DNA from: an uncultured Acidobacteriota bacterium
GTDB lineage: Bacteria; Acidobacteriota; Vicinamibacteria; Vicinamibacterales; CAVVIG01
Length of the DNA: 64,000 bases
Assembly (NCBI GenBank): GCA_963837345.1
Contig: CAWIMX010000001.1
Coordinates: 451,823-515,822, forward strand
Direction of reading: 5' to 3'
Each line of letters opens with the position of its first letter. Positions within the stretch are counted from its first letter, which is position 1. The translations under genes were made by a program, and so were the position numbers. A model generated the notes under the pieces. That model worked only from the letters and a program-made list of their open reading frames with translations. It was not told the origin of the DNA and did not search any database. Below are positions 20,993 through 30,115 of the stretch, piece by piece.

Positions 20993-22042
20993 ATGGCGTT
21001 GACGAAACGGACGCGGGTCCATCGCGGCCTGGCGCTGGCTGCCGTGCTCTTGGGCGCTGCGGCGATCCACGCCGGCGCCCAGGGCCAGGATCAACTGCCG
21101 CCCGGCGGCATCCGGTTCTCGAGCGGCGTCGAGTTGATCAACGTGAACGCCACGGTCTACGACGGCAGCGGCCACTTCGTCGAAGGCCTCACCCAGAACG
21201 ATTTCATCATCTACGAAGACGACGTCCCGCAGACCGTGACGCAATTCAGCGCCGAGCGGGTGCCGGTGAGCCTCGGCATCGCCGTCGACACGAGCGGCAG
21301 CATGTCGGGCGAGAAGATCCACGCGGCCGAAAGCGCTCTCAACCGCTTCCTCTACGACCTGCTCGACCCCCAGGATCAGGTCTTTCTGTACGTGTTCAAC
21401 GACCAGCCCCGGCTGCTCGAAGGGTGGACGACCGACCGGTCGCGTCTGCGCGACGCGCTCGCCAGGATGAAGACCGGCGGAGGCACGGCGCTGTACGACG
21501 CGGTCGCCGATGCCACGCCCATGGCGATGCGCGGCGAGTACCAGAAGAAGGCGCTGATCGTGATCTCCGACGGCAACGACACGTCGAGCCGCATGGCCGT
21601 GCCGAACCTGCGGCAGCAGATTCGGGAGAGCGAGGTGCTCGTGTATGCCATCGGCATCGACGCCGAGCGCTCCATGACGCACCGCGGCCCGATGACGTCG
21701 CCGCCGAGGCCCGTCCCGTTTCCATTTCCACCGGCCGGCCGGTTCCCGGCGGCCGTGCCCCCGGCGCCGCCGGGCGGCTGGGTGGCGTCGTCGACCGACG
21801 ATCGCGTCAACGTGGCCGCGCTCCGCGACATCACCGACGACAGCGGAGGTCGAACCGAGATCATCCGGGACGCGCGCGATCTGAACCCGGCGACCGCCAG
21901 CATCGCGGACGAGCTGAGCCGGCAATACTACCTCGGCTATCAGGCCACCGCCGCCAAGGACGGCCAGTGGCATTCGATTCGCGTCGAGACGCGCAACCCC
22001 GCCTACCACGTCCGCGCCCGCGCCGGTTACGTCGCCAACTGA
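20993..22042 (+). CDS. Secreted VWA-domain protein (VWFA-related Acidobacterial-type)
   Basis: Signal peptide (LALAAVLLGAAAIHAGAQG). N-terminal beta region (VELINVNATVYDGSGHFVEGLTQNDFIIYEDD). MIDAS motif DTSGSM. GGTALYDAV, VISDGNDT. Confidence 0.85.
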   Translation: MALTKRTRVHRGLALAAVLLGAAAIHAGAQGQDQLPPGGIRFSSGVELINVNATVYDGSGHFVEGLTQNDFIIYEDDVPQTVTQFSAERVPVSLGIAVDTSGSMSGEKIHAAESALNRFLYDLLDPQDQVFLYVFNDQPRLLEGWTTDRSRLRDALARMKTGGGTALYDAVADATPMAMRGEYQKKALIVISDGNDTSSRMAVPNLRQQIRESEVLVYAIGIDAERSMTHRGPMTSPPRPVPFPFPPAGRFPAAVPPAPPGGWVASSTDDRVNVAALRDITDDSGGRTEIIRDARDLNPATASIADELSRQYYLGYQATAAKDGQWHSIRVETRNPAYHVRARAGYVAN

Positions 22043-22134
22043 TCGGCTGCGGATCGCGCGGCCGCGGTTTCCCCTCCAGTCCGGACATAGAATGAGCCCG
22101 GCCGCTTCCGGCCCGAGGACCGCTCCAGAGCAGC

Positions 22135-23277
22135 ATGAGCATCGACCAGACGCACCTGGCGACCGTGGAAAAGATGTGGCGACGCGAGGTGGAAGCCGCC
22201 ACCATCTACCGCTCCCTCGCCGGCAAGGAGACCGACGCCGGACGCCGCGACATTCTGAACCGGCTGGCCGAGCAGGAGGAGAAGCACGCGGCGCGCTGGG
22301 CTGAGCGGATCGCGGCCACCACCGGACGGGCGCCGGATCCGCAGACCGTGCGCCAGGGGCTGTCGTGGTTCGAGCGCATCTCCGATCCCGTCGTGGTGCT
22401 GCACCGGCTCGAACAGGAGGAGAACCGCGCGGAAGCCGAGTACGACGACCTGATGGCGCGGCTCAGCGATCCGTCCGATCGACGCATCGCCGAAGAAGCC
22501 AAGCTCGAGGAGCGCGATCACGCGGTCATTCTGCGATCGCTCGCGGGCGGAGCGTTGCCGTCGGCCCGGTCGGCGCTCGACCGCATTCTCGGCCGCGAGC
22601 GCTGGCACGTGCGCGGCACCGGGTGGATCGGCGATGCCATCTACGGCGTGAACGACGGCCTGGGCGCCGTCTTCGGCATCGTCTCCGGCATGGCCGGCTA
22701 TACGGGCGGCAGCGAAGTCGTGCTCGCGGCGGGGCTCGCGGGGACGCTGGCGAGCGCCCTCTCGATGGGCGCGGGCGCCTATCTGGCGTCGAAATCGGAG
22801 CGTGAGGTGTACGAGTCGGAAGTGGCGCGCGAGCGCGCGGAGATCGAGGAGGATCCGCACGAGGAGATGCTGGAGCTCGAATTGTTCTACCAACTCAAAG
22901 GCTTCACGCCTGAAGAGTCGCGGAGCATGGCCGAGCGCCTGCAGCAGGATCCGACACAATTCCTGCGCACGTTGGTACACGAGGAGCTCGGCCTCGCCGA
23001 AGAGACGTTTCCCAACCCGTGGCGATCGACCGTGTCGGCGTCCGTCTCGACAGCCGTCGGGGGCTTCATTCCGATCGTTCCTTTCTTCTTCACTGTCGGG
23101 ATGCCCGCTGTCGTCGCCTCGTTCGTCATCAGCACCATCGCTCACTTCGCCGTCGGCGCGTCGAAGGCGCTCGTTACGACGCGCCCCTGGTGGGCAACCG
23201 GCGCCGAGATGACGGTGGTCGGCATTCTCGAGGCCGCCGTCACCTACGGGCTGGGCGTCGCGTTTGCCGCACGGTAG
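22135..23277 (+). CDS. VIT1/CCC1-family iron/manganese transporter with an N-terminal ferritin-like domain
   Basis: N-terminus EAATIYRSLAG...EQEEKHAARW (ferritin/rubrerythrin-like). C-terminus DAIYGVNDGLGAVFGIVSGMAG plus TM helices typical of VIT1. Confidence 0.85.
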   Translation: MSIDQTHLATVEKMWRREVEAATIYRSLAGKETDAGRRDILNRLAEQEEKHAARWAERIAATTGRAPDPQTVRQGLSWFERISDPVVVLHRLEQEENRAEAEYDDLMARLSDPSDRRIAEEAKLEERDHAVILRSLAGGALPSARSALDRILGRERWHVRGTGWIGDAIYGVNDGLGAVFGIVSGMAGYTGGSEVVLAAGLAGTLASALSMGAGAYLASKSEREVYESEVARERAEIEEDPHEEMLELELFYQLKGFTPEESRSMAERLQQDPTQFLRTLVHEELGLAEETFPNPWRSTVSASVSTAVGGFIPIVPFFFTVGMPAVVASFVISTIAHFAVGASKALVTTRPWWATGAEMTVVGILEAAVTYGLGVAFAAR

Positions 23278-23428
23278 GCGCCCAACCGTGTCCTCCTCGA
23301 CGGACATCGCGGCCCACGGCGTCGCGCCGGTCGTCGAAAACACGCCGGTTGTGGCACAGCGTCGCTGGCACCGCCCTTGAACTACCTGTCTCCAGGATGC
23401 CGCGATGGTCATCCGCGGGAGGCAGGTT

Positions 23429-23977
23429 ATGTTGAAGCGAATCGGGCTGGCGCTCGCCGTCGTCGTGCTCTCGGCCGGCGTCGCCACGGCCACACCGGGC
23501 AACCGGGAGGATCTGCGGGTCTTGGACGCCATCTCGAGGAACGTGAACGCCTACAGCTTCTTCACGATCTTCGACGACGTGCGCGCGTCGGTCGACGACG
23601 GCACGGTCACGGTGAGCGGCAAGGTCACGATGCCCTACAAACGACACGACATCGAGGAACGGCTGCGGAAGATCGAGGGCGTGAAGGACGTGAAGAACGA
23701 GATTGCGGTGCTCCCGGTGTCGTTCTTCGACGATCAGTTGCGCTATCAGATCGCGCGCGCCATCTACGGCAATCCGAATTTTCTTTATGCCGCGATGATG
23801 TCCAATCCGCCGATCCACGTGATCGTGGATCGCGGCCACGTCACGATCACCGGGGTCGTGACCAACGACATGGACAAAGTCATCGTGCGCTCGATCGTGG
23901 GCCAGTCGAGCGCGTTCTCGGTCACGATGGATCTGAAGACTCCCGACGAAGTCGCCGCCGAGCTCGAGCATGCCTGA
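23429..23977 (+). CDS. BON-domain protein (two BON repeats), secreted
   Basis: MLKRIGLALAVVVLSAGVATA signal peptide. V.DGTVTVSGKV...VKDVKNEI and VDRGHVTITGVVTND. The ATG at 23429 has a GGGAGG SD 8 nt upstream. Confidence 0.8.
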   Translation: MLKRIGLALAVVVLSAGVATATPGNREDLRVLDAISRNVNAYSFFTIFDDVRASVDDGTVTVSGKVTMPYKRHDIEERLRKIEGVKDVKNEIAVLPVSFFDDQLRYQIARAIYGNPNFLYAAMMSNPPIHVIVDRGHVTITGVVTNDMDKVIVRSIVGQSSAFSVTMDLKTPDEVAAELEHA

Positions 23978-24659
23978 CGAGCTCGTCATCACCGTCGCGG
24001 CCGGCGCGCGCACGACCGCGCGGGTCTATCACGCGGCGGCCGCGCCCGTGGGGGCCACGCTCATCCTGGCGCACGGGGCCGGCGCGGGCCAGGAGAGCGC
24101 CTTCATGGTGGCCTTCGCCGCCGCGATCGCGGCGCTCGGCGTGGATGTCGTGACGTTCAACTTCCTGTACACCGAGCGCCGAAGGCGCCTGCCCGATCGC
24201 GGCCCGGCGCTCGAAGCCTGCTATCGCGCCACCGTCGAGGGAGTACGCGCCGCCGTACCGAGCGCCCGCCGAAAGCTGGTCGTGGGCGGCAAGTCGATGG
24301 GCGGGCGCATTGCCACGCAGATCGCGGCGGCCGGCCCCGAGCTGCCGCTGTCGGGCCTCGTCCTGCTCGGCTATCCACTGCATCCCCCCGGGCGGCCGGA
24401 GACGCGGCGCGATCGGCATCTGTCCGCCATCGCCCGGCCGATGCTGTTCGTGCAGGGCAGCCGCGACACGTTCGGGACGCCCGCCGAACTCGAGCCGGTG
24501 CTGCACGCCCTGACGCCGCGGCCTCGGCTGCATGTGGTCGAAGGCGGCGATCACTCCTTCAAGCTCGCCGGGCGGAACATGGCGGCGGCGCAGGCGCAGG
24601 TGTACGAGAACGTCCAGCGGATGATCGTGCAGTGGATCGCCGCGCTCCCCGCGTCATAG
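23970..24659 (+). CDS. Alpha/beta hydrolase (dienelactone-hydrolase-like fold)
   Basis: LILAHGAGAG, nucleophile elbow GGKSMGG, C-terminus GGDHSF. Overlaps the end of the BON gene by 8 nt. Confidence 0.8.
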   Translation: MPDELVITVAAGARTTARVYHAAAAPVGATLILAHGAGAGQESAFMVAFAAAIAALGVDVVTFNFLYTERRRRLPDRGPALEACYRATVEGVRAAVPSARRKLVVGGKSMGGRIATQIAAAGPELPLSGLVLLGYPLHPPGRPETRRDRHLSAIARPMLFVQGSRDTFGTPAELEPVLHALTPRPRLHVVEGGDHSFKLAGRNMAAAQAQVYENVQRMIVQWIAALPAS

Positions 24660-24669
24660 CCGCGAGGCG

Positions 24670-25323
24670 TCAGGATCGGACACGCCGGAGGAATTGCGTC
24701 GCCTCGTCGGTCACCGCGGCGGCCCATTCGTGCCCCCCGGTGAACCGGCAGCGCGCGCACGCTACGCCTGCCTGCTCGAGCCGCCGCTCGTCGGCTTCGA
24801 CCTTCGCAGCCGTGTACCACGGATCGGCCGATCCCCGCGCCACGAGCACGCGGGGAATGCGGGCGAGCTGCCCCTGGTCGATCTCCGGCGGGATGTCGCC
24901 GGCGACGGCCAGAACCGCGGCGACACGGCCGGCCGACGCCACCGCCGCTCGAAAGGCCATCGCGACCCCCTGCGAGAAACCCGAATAGACGAGGGGCGCC
25001 GACACGGGCCACTCCCGTGCGACCGCGTCGACGACCACCTGGACGTACGCGAGGTTGTCGGCGATCGCGAGCTCCCGGTCCTGGCGCGTCATCCAGCCGG
25101 CGATCACCTCGTTCGAGCGGCGCCGGTAGAACCGGTTCAGGCCCTGCACGGCAACGCGAAGCCACGCGCCGTCGGGATCGACGGCGACGAGCCGTTCGAG
25201 CGCGATCTCGGCTGCCTCGGCATAGCCGTGAAATCCCACAAGGAGCGGCCAGGGGCCCGAGCCTTCGGGCGGGGCCACGAGGTACCGGCCGTGGGTGGCC
25301 GCGCGGATGGTGCGCTCGATCAC
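24670..25323 (-). CDS. Alpha/beta hydrolase / carboxylesterase-like protein
   Basis: LLVGFHGY, G-x-S-x-G elbow (SGFSQGV), GGHEW. The GTG start overlaps the ferredoxin gene stop (GTGA). Confidence 0.7.
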   Translation of the reverse strand: MIERTIRAATHGRYLVAPPEGSGPWPLLVGFHGYAEAAEIALERLVAVDPDGAWLRVAVQGLNRFYRRRSNEVIAGWMTRQDRELAIADNLAYVQVVVDAVAREWPVSAPLVYSGFSQGVAMAFRAAVASAGRVAAVLAVAGDIPPEIDQGQLARIPRVLVARGSADPWYTAAKVEADERRLEQAGVACARCRFTGGHEWAAAVTDEATQFLRRVRS

Positions 25324-25685
25324 GACAGCGGATGCTCGGCGATCAGGAGATCCTCGACCAGGCGGCCGCCGATCAGGTGTTCCTGGATGATCCGCTCGAG
25401 GGCTGCCGGATCGCAGCGCGCGTACCAGGCCCCTTCCGGATAGACCACGGCGATCGGCCCGCCCTCGCAAATGCGGAGGCAGTTCACCTTGCTCCGGAGG
25501 ATGCCGCCGCGCTCCGACAGCCCGAGCTCCTTGAGCCGCCGCTTGAGGAATTCCCAGGCCGCGAGGCCCGCCTCGCGATCGCAGCATTTCGGCGTGGTCT
25601 GATCGCAGCAGAGCAGGATGTGCCGGCGCGCGACCGGCACGCCGACGCCGACCGCGATGTCGAGGAGCGTCTGGGAGCGGCTCAC
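25320..25685 (-). CDS. Thioredoxin-like [2Fe-2S] ferredoxin domain protein
   Basis: [14 protein letters not shown]...[22 protein letters not shown]. Proposed GTG start at 25685 overlaps the upstream stop (GTGA). Confidence 0.7.
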   Translation of the reverse strand: MSRSQTLLDIAVGVGVPVARRHILLCCDQTTPKCCDREAGLAAWEFLKRRLKELGLSERGGILRSKVNCLRICEGGPIAVVYPEGAWYARCDPAALERIIQEHLIGGRLVEDLLIAEHPLS

Positions 25686-26810
25686 GGGGTCTGCGACAGC
25701 CCTCTCATGATGTCGGGCAGGTTGTTGATGAAATCCCGGAACTCCGGAAGGTATTGATAGGCCATCCAGAAGAAGAGCACGGTGAAGCCGAGCCGAAGCA
25801 GCCCGCCCCAGAGCGCCAGCCAGCGGTAATGATACCGCCCGTAGGTGCGATACGCCGCGTACCGCCCGACGATGAGCGGCGTCACCAGGATTTGATAGGC
25901 GACGAGGATCGTCAGCATGCCCGCCCAGAGCGGGATGCCGTCGGGCATCGGCCAGCCGAAGACCTCGCCCCGAGTGCCGAGCGACACGAGCGCCCACAGG
26001 AGCACGAAGAACAGAGCGGCGCTGACGATGCTCAGGACTGGCACGAGGATGCCAGCCAGCACCTGGACGGCGTACGGCGGGTGGTCGGCCGTGTCCGCCC
26101 ACCACTGAGACGGCCGGTCCACCCGCGTCGCGGAATCGGGCGCGCCATTCGCGGCGCTGTCGCCGCCACTCCTGCCGCCAGCGCCGGCGCGAGACATGAC
26201 GGTCGGCGAAGTCCGCGTAATGGCGCTTGGCCTGGTCGACGAGATCCTTGGCGCTGAACGGCAGGCCATGCGCCGCCGCTCGCTCTTCCGACGTGTCCGC
26301 GTACGGAATGACCAGCATCAGGACGACGTACACCAGAACCCACACCCCCTTCGTGACGAGGGCGAGGATCACGAACACGATTCGGACAATGGAGACGTCC
26401 ACGCCGAAATACGCGGCGAGCCCGGCGCACACGCCGCTCACCATGGCGCCCTCGTGGATCTGATAGAGCCGGCGCGGCGGCGGTTCCCCGCGTCCTTTGC
26501 CGCGATCCCCGGAGCCGGCGGCGGCGGTGCCGGCGAGGCCGTCGCCGCTGCCCGCCGGCTCGGCGACGGGCCCCATCTCGTCGAGGATCTGGCCGATTTC
26601 GCCCGCCGTGACCACCGTCTTGTGCGCGCTCAGGTAGCGCCGGCCCTTCTCGGCAATCGCCTGCTCGAGGTCCGCCATGATTTCGACGAGGTCCGGGTTG
26701 TCCTTGAGATGGGCTGCCGCGCGTTCCAGATAGGCGACGAGCGCCTGGTACGCGTCCTCGTCGAACTGGTAGGCGTTGCCATTCAGGTTGATCGTGATGA
26801 CTTTCTGCAT
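25682..26810 (-). pseudogene. PspC-domain membrane protein, with an apparent frame change near 26100..26140
   Basis: Frame A (from the ATG at 26810) has the PspC motif [33 protein letters not shown], then [19 protein letters not shown], then Arg-rich nonsense. Frame B (ORF 25682..26269) carries the plausible continuation [28 protein letters not shown]... with several TM helices. Confidence 0.6.
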
Positions 26811-26812
26811 GC

Positions 26813-27142
26813 CTAGCGCCCCAGTTGTGTGATGGTGCCGTTGATCGCCTTCCAGTAGTCGTTCAGCTCGGCGAGATGGGATCGGCCGCGGGCCGTCAAC
26901 TGGTAGTACTTGCGGGGAGGCCCGGCGTCGGATTCGCGCCACTCGTAGTCGACGAGGCCGTCGCGGCGCATCTTGCTCAGGAGTGGATACAGCGTGCCTT
27001 CCTGGGTGGCGAATTCGGTGGCGCTGAGCCGCTCCAGCATGTCGGCGACATAGACCTTGTCGCTGGCGACGATGCGCAGGATGACGAACTCGAGGAGACC
27101 CTTGCGGATGGCGCTGAATTTCTCGGTAATCGGTGTGGCCAC
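26813..27142 (-). CDS. PadR-family transcriptional regulator
   Basis: [23 protein letters not shown]...[38 protein letters not shown] start. Confidence 0.9.
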   Translation of the reverse strand: MATPITEKFSAIRKGLLEFVILRIVASDKVYVADMLERLSATEFATQEGTLYPLLSKMRRDGLVDYEWRESDAGPPRKYYQLTARGRSHLAELNDYWKAINGTITQLGR

Positions 27143-27146
27143 GCCA

Positions 27147-27170
27147 GCTACCTTGTTATACCAAGGTAGC
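27147..27170. promoter_or_regulatory. Perfect 9-bp inverted repeat just upstream of padR (candidate operator)
   Basis: GCTACCTTG-TTATAC-CAAGGTAGC. It begins 5 nt upstream of the padR GTG, within the padR/apaG divergent region. Confidence 0.45.
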
Positions 27171-27217
27171 AGCGATCGACAAGGCTGTCAACCCGGCCGC
27201 GGTATGATGGGGCGGAG

Positions 27218-27640
27218 ATGGAGTTCGAGTCGGGCAACTCTCCCCTGCATGCGCCGGCGTCGGAAGCCGTCACGAACAACGTGCGCGTCGAGGTGCAGTC
27301 GGCCTTCGCCCCGGAGCATTCGCAGCCCTTCGAGCGCGTCTGGTCGTTCTATTACACGGTGCGCATCACCAACGAGGGCCGCGAAACGGTGCAGCTCGTG
27401 CGGCGCCACTGGATCATCACCGACAGCACCGGCCACGTCGAGGAAGTGCGCGGGCCCGGCGTCGTGGGCGTGCAGCCGGTGCTCGCGCCCGGCGAATCGT
27501 TCCAGTACACCTCGGGCTGCCGCCTGAATACGCCGACCGGCGTCATGCGTGGCACCTACCACATGACTTCGCTCGACGACGGCCCGTTCGACGTCGAGAT
27601 CGCGCCCTTCGCCCTCAGCGAGCCTTACACGATTCATTGA
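27218..27640 (+). CDS. apaG: ApaG (DUF525) protein
   Basis: VRVEVQSAFAPEHSQP...FYYTVRITNEGRETVQLVRRHWIITDSTGHVEEVRGPGVVGVQPVLAPGESFQYTS. Confidence 0.9.
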   Translation: MEFESGNSPLHAPASEAVTNNVRVEVQSAFAPEHSQPFERVWSFYYTVRITNEGRETVQLVRRHWIITDSTGHVEEVRGPGVVGVQPVLAPGESFQYTSGCRLNTPTGVMRGTYHMTSLDDGPFDVEIAPFALSEPYTIH

Positions 27641-27692
27641 CCGCCGATGGCGGCTAGTGGAGCGTATCGGCTGAATCAGTACCAGGGCAATG

Positions 27693-27817
27693 AACCACAG
27701 AGGCTCAGAGACTCAGAGACTCGCGAGGTCGTCGCCGGCCTGCTGTGCAGGCCGGCCGCGAGGCGGCGCCGACGACCGGCAGCTCTCGGGTCTCCGTGTC
27801 TCCGTGTCTCTGTGGTT
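27693..27817. repeat. ~125-nt imperfect palindromic element with internal octamer repeats and a perfect central hairpin
   Basis: Left arm AACCACAGAG-GCTCAGAGACTCAGAGAC. Right arm GTCTCCGTGTCTCCGTGTC-TCTGTGGTT. Inner GTCGTCG...CGACGAC. Central GCCGGCCTGC-TGT-GCAGGCCGGC (27734..27756). Lies between convergent apaG and ispG. Confidence 0.7.
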
Positions 27818-27870
27818 GATCTCGAATTCGCGGTTCGTCGAAGCGGTAGTACTTCAGCGGGTACGGGCCA

Positions 27871-29118
27871 CTAGCTGTGTTCGCGTCGCTCGTAGTGCGT
27901 CGCGACGTAGTCGTCGACGAGCGCCTGGAAGGCGGCAGCCAGCTCATCGTAGGTGCCGCGGAGCGTCGTGGCGTGTTCACCGTCGATATAGATCGGGCAG
28001 TGGGGCGCCTCGCCGGTGCCCGGGAGGCTGATGCCGATGTTCGCGGCCTTCGATTCGCCGGGACCGTTCACGACGCATCCCATCACGGCGAGGGTCATCG
28101 TCTCGACCCCGGCATACTGCGTCTTCCACGAAGGCATCTGATCGCGCACGTAGCCTTGAATGCGCTCGGCAAGCTCCTGGAACGTGGAGCTCGTCGTGCG
28201 CCCGCAGCCCGGGCAGGCGGTCACGCTCGGGGAGAACGACCTCAGGCCGAGGGCCTGCAGCAACTCGCACGCCGCCTGCACCTCGTCGCGGCGATCGCCG
28301 CCGGGCCGCGGCGTCAGCGACACCCGAATCGTGTCGCCGATCCCGTCGTGGAGCAGCACCCCCATCGCCGCGGCCGACCACACCAGACCTTTGACGCCCA
28401 TCCCGGCCTCGGTCAGACCGAGGTGCAGGGGCTGATCGGTGGCGGCCGCGAGCGCCCGATACACGTCGATCAAATCGGCCGGGCGCGAAGTCTTGCACGA
28501 GATGATGATCTGATCCTTGCGAAGGCCACACTCGACGGCCAGCGCGGTCGACTCGATGGCCGAGAGGACCATGCACTCGTTGATGATCGCCTCGGAGCTC
28601 TTGCCCAGGTCGCGATCGGTGTTTTCCTGCATCTTCCGGACGACGAGCTCCTGGTTGAGCGAGCCGCCGTTCACGCCGATGCGCACGGGCTTCTGCTCGT
28701 CGACGGCCACCGCGCAGATCGTGGCGAACTGTTCGTCGCGGCGTCGTCCGGTGCCGACATTGCCGGGGTTGATGCGGTACTTGTCGAGCGCGCGCGCGCA
28801 CGCCGGGAACTTCGTGAGCAGCAGATGGCCGTTGTAGTGGAAGTCGCCGATGAGCGGCGCGGTGCAGCCGGCGTCGCGCATCCGCTGCTTGACCTCCGGC
28901 ACGGCGGCCGCCGCCTCGGGCACGTTCACGGTGACGCGCACCATCTCGGATCCGGCGGCGGCGAGCTCCACACACTGCGCGGCCGTCGCGCGCGCGTCGG
29001 CCGTGTCGGTCATGGTCATCGACTGCACGACGATGGGCGCGCCGCCGCCGACCTGCACGGCGCCGGGGCCGTTGCCCACCTTGACGCCGATCGTCTTGTG
29101 GACGCGCATGAACGACAT
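27871..29118 (-). CDS. ispG: 4-hydroxy-3-methylbut-2-enyl diphosphate synthase
   Basis: [15 protein letters not shown]...APIVVQSMT...VRVTVN...YRINPGNVG...SCPGCGRT-like [10 protein letters not shown]...[11 protein letters not shown]. Confidence 0.93.
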   Translation of the reverse strand: MSFMRVHKTIGVKVGNGPGAVQVGGGAPIVVQSMTMTDTADARATAAQCVELAAAGSEMVRVTVNVPEAAAAVPEVKQRMRDAGCTAPLIGDFHYNGHLLLTKFPACARALDKYRINPGNVGTGRRRDEQFATICAVAVDEQKPVRIGVNGGSLNQELVVRKMQENTDRDLGKSSEAIINECMVLSAIESTALAVECGLRKDQIIISCKTSRPADLIDVYRALAAATDQPLHLGLTEAGMGVKGLVWSAAAMGVLLHDGIGDTIRVSLTPRPGGDRRDEVQAACELLQALGLRSFSPSVTACPGCGRTTSSTFQELAERIQGYVRDQMPSWKTQYAGVETMTLAVMGCVVNGPGESKAANIGISLPGTGEAPHCPIYIDGEHATTLRGTYDELAAAFQALVDDYVATHYERREHS

Positions 29119-29143
29119 CAACCTCTCATGATAGCATCGGCGC

Positions 29144-30115
29144 ATGCAGGCGATTCTCGTCCGCGAGTTCGGTCCACCCGACGTGATGAAGCTCGAAACG
29201 CTCCCCGACCCGAAGCCGGGTCCCTCGGAAGTGCTCGTGCGCATTCGGGCGGTGGGCGTCAACCCGGTCGAAACCTACATCCGCAGCGGCGCGTACGCCA
29301 GGAAACCGACGCTCCCCTATATTCCCGGGTCGGATGCGGCCGGGGACGTCGAAGCGGCCGGCAGCAGCGTGACGACGGTCAAGCCGGGCGATCGCGTCTA
29401 CATCAACGCCACGATCGGCGGCAACGTCGGCGCCTACGCCGAGCGGGCGATCTGCACGCCGGCCCAGGTGCATCTCCTTCCCGACAACGCGTCCTACGCC
29501 CAGGGCGCCGCCCTCGGCGTGCCGTACGCCACCGCGTACCGGGCGCTGCTCCAGCGTGCCGGCGCGCGCCCCGGTGAAACCGTGCTCGTGCACGGCGCGA
29601 CGGGCGGCGTCGGCCTCGCCGCCGTGCAGATTGCGCGCGCGCTCGGTCTGCGTGTGCTCGGCACCGGCGGCACCGAGCGCGGGCTCGAGGTGGTCCGCCA
29701 GCAGGGCGCCGCAGCGGTGTTCAACCACAAGTCCACAGGCTACGTCGAGGAGATCATGCGCGCGACGGGCGGGCGCGGTGTCGACGTGGTGCTCGAAATG
29801 GCGGCGCACATCAATCTCGACAAGGATCTGGGGATGCTCGCGCCACGCGGTCGGGTGGTCGTCATCGGCAACCGGGGACGCGTCGAAATCGACGCCCGCC
29901 AGGCCATGGCGCGCGACGCGGCCATTCTCGGCATGACGCTCTTCAACGCCACCGACGCCGACCTCGCGTCGATCCACGCCGCCCTGATCGCCGGCCTCGC
30001 CAACGGCACGCTCGCGCCCATCGTCGGCCGCGAGCTGCGGCTCGCCGACGCGTCCAGGGCCCACGACGCGGTGATGCAGGACGGCGCGCTCGGCAAGATC
30101 GTGCTCGAGGTATGA
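29144..30115 (+). CDS. NADPH:quinone oxidoreductase / zinc-type MDR family
   Basis: [49 protein letters not shown]..., [15 protein letters not shown]. Confidence 0.88.
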   Translation: MQAILVREFGPPDVMKLETLPDPKPGPSEVLVRIRAVGVNPVETYIRSGAYARKPTLPYIPGSDAAGDVEAAGSSVTTVKPGDRVYINATIGGNVGAYAERAICTPAQVHLLPDNASYAQGAALGVPYATAYRALLQRAGARPGETVLVHGATGGVGLAAVQIARALGLRVLGTGGTERGLEVVRQQGAAAVFNHKSTGYVEEIMRATGGRGVDVVLEMAAHINLDKDLGMLAPRGRVVVIGNRGRVEIDARQAMARDAAILGMTLFNATDADLASIHAALIAGLANGTLAPIVGRELRLADASRAHDAVMQDGALGKIVLEV

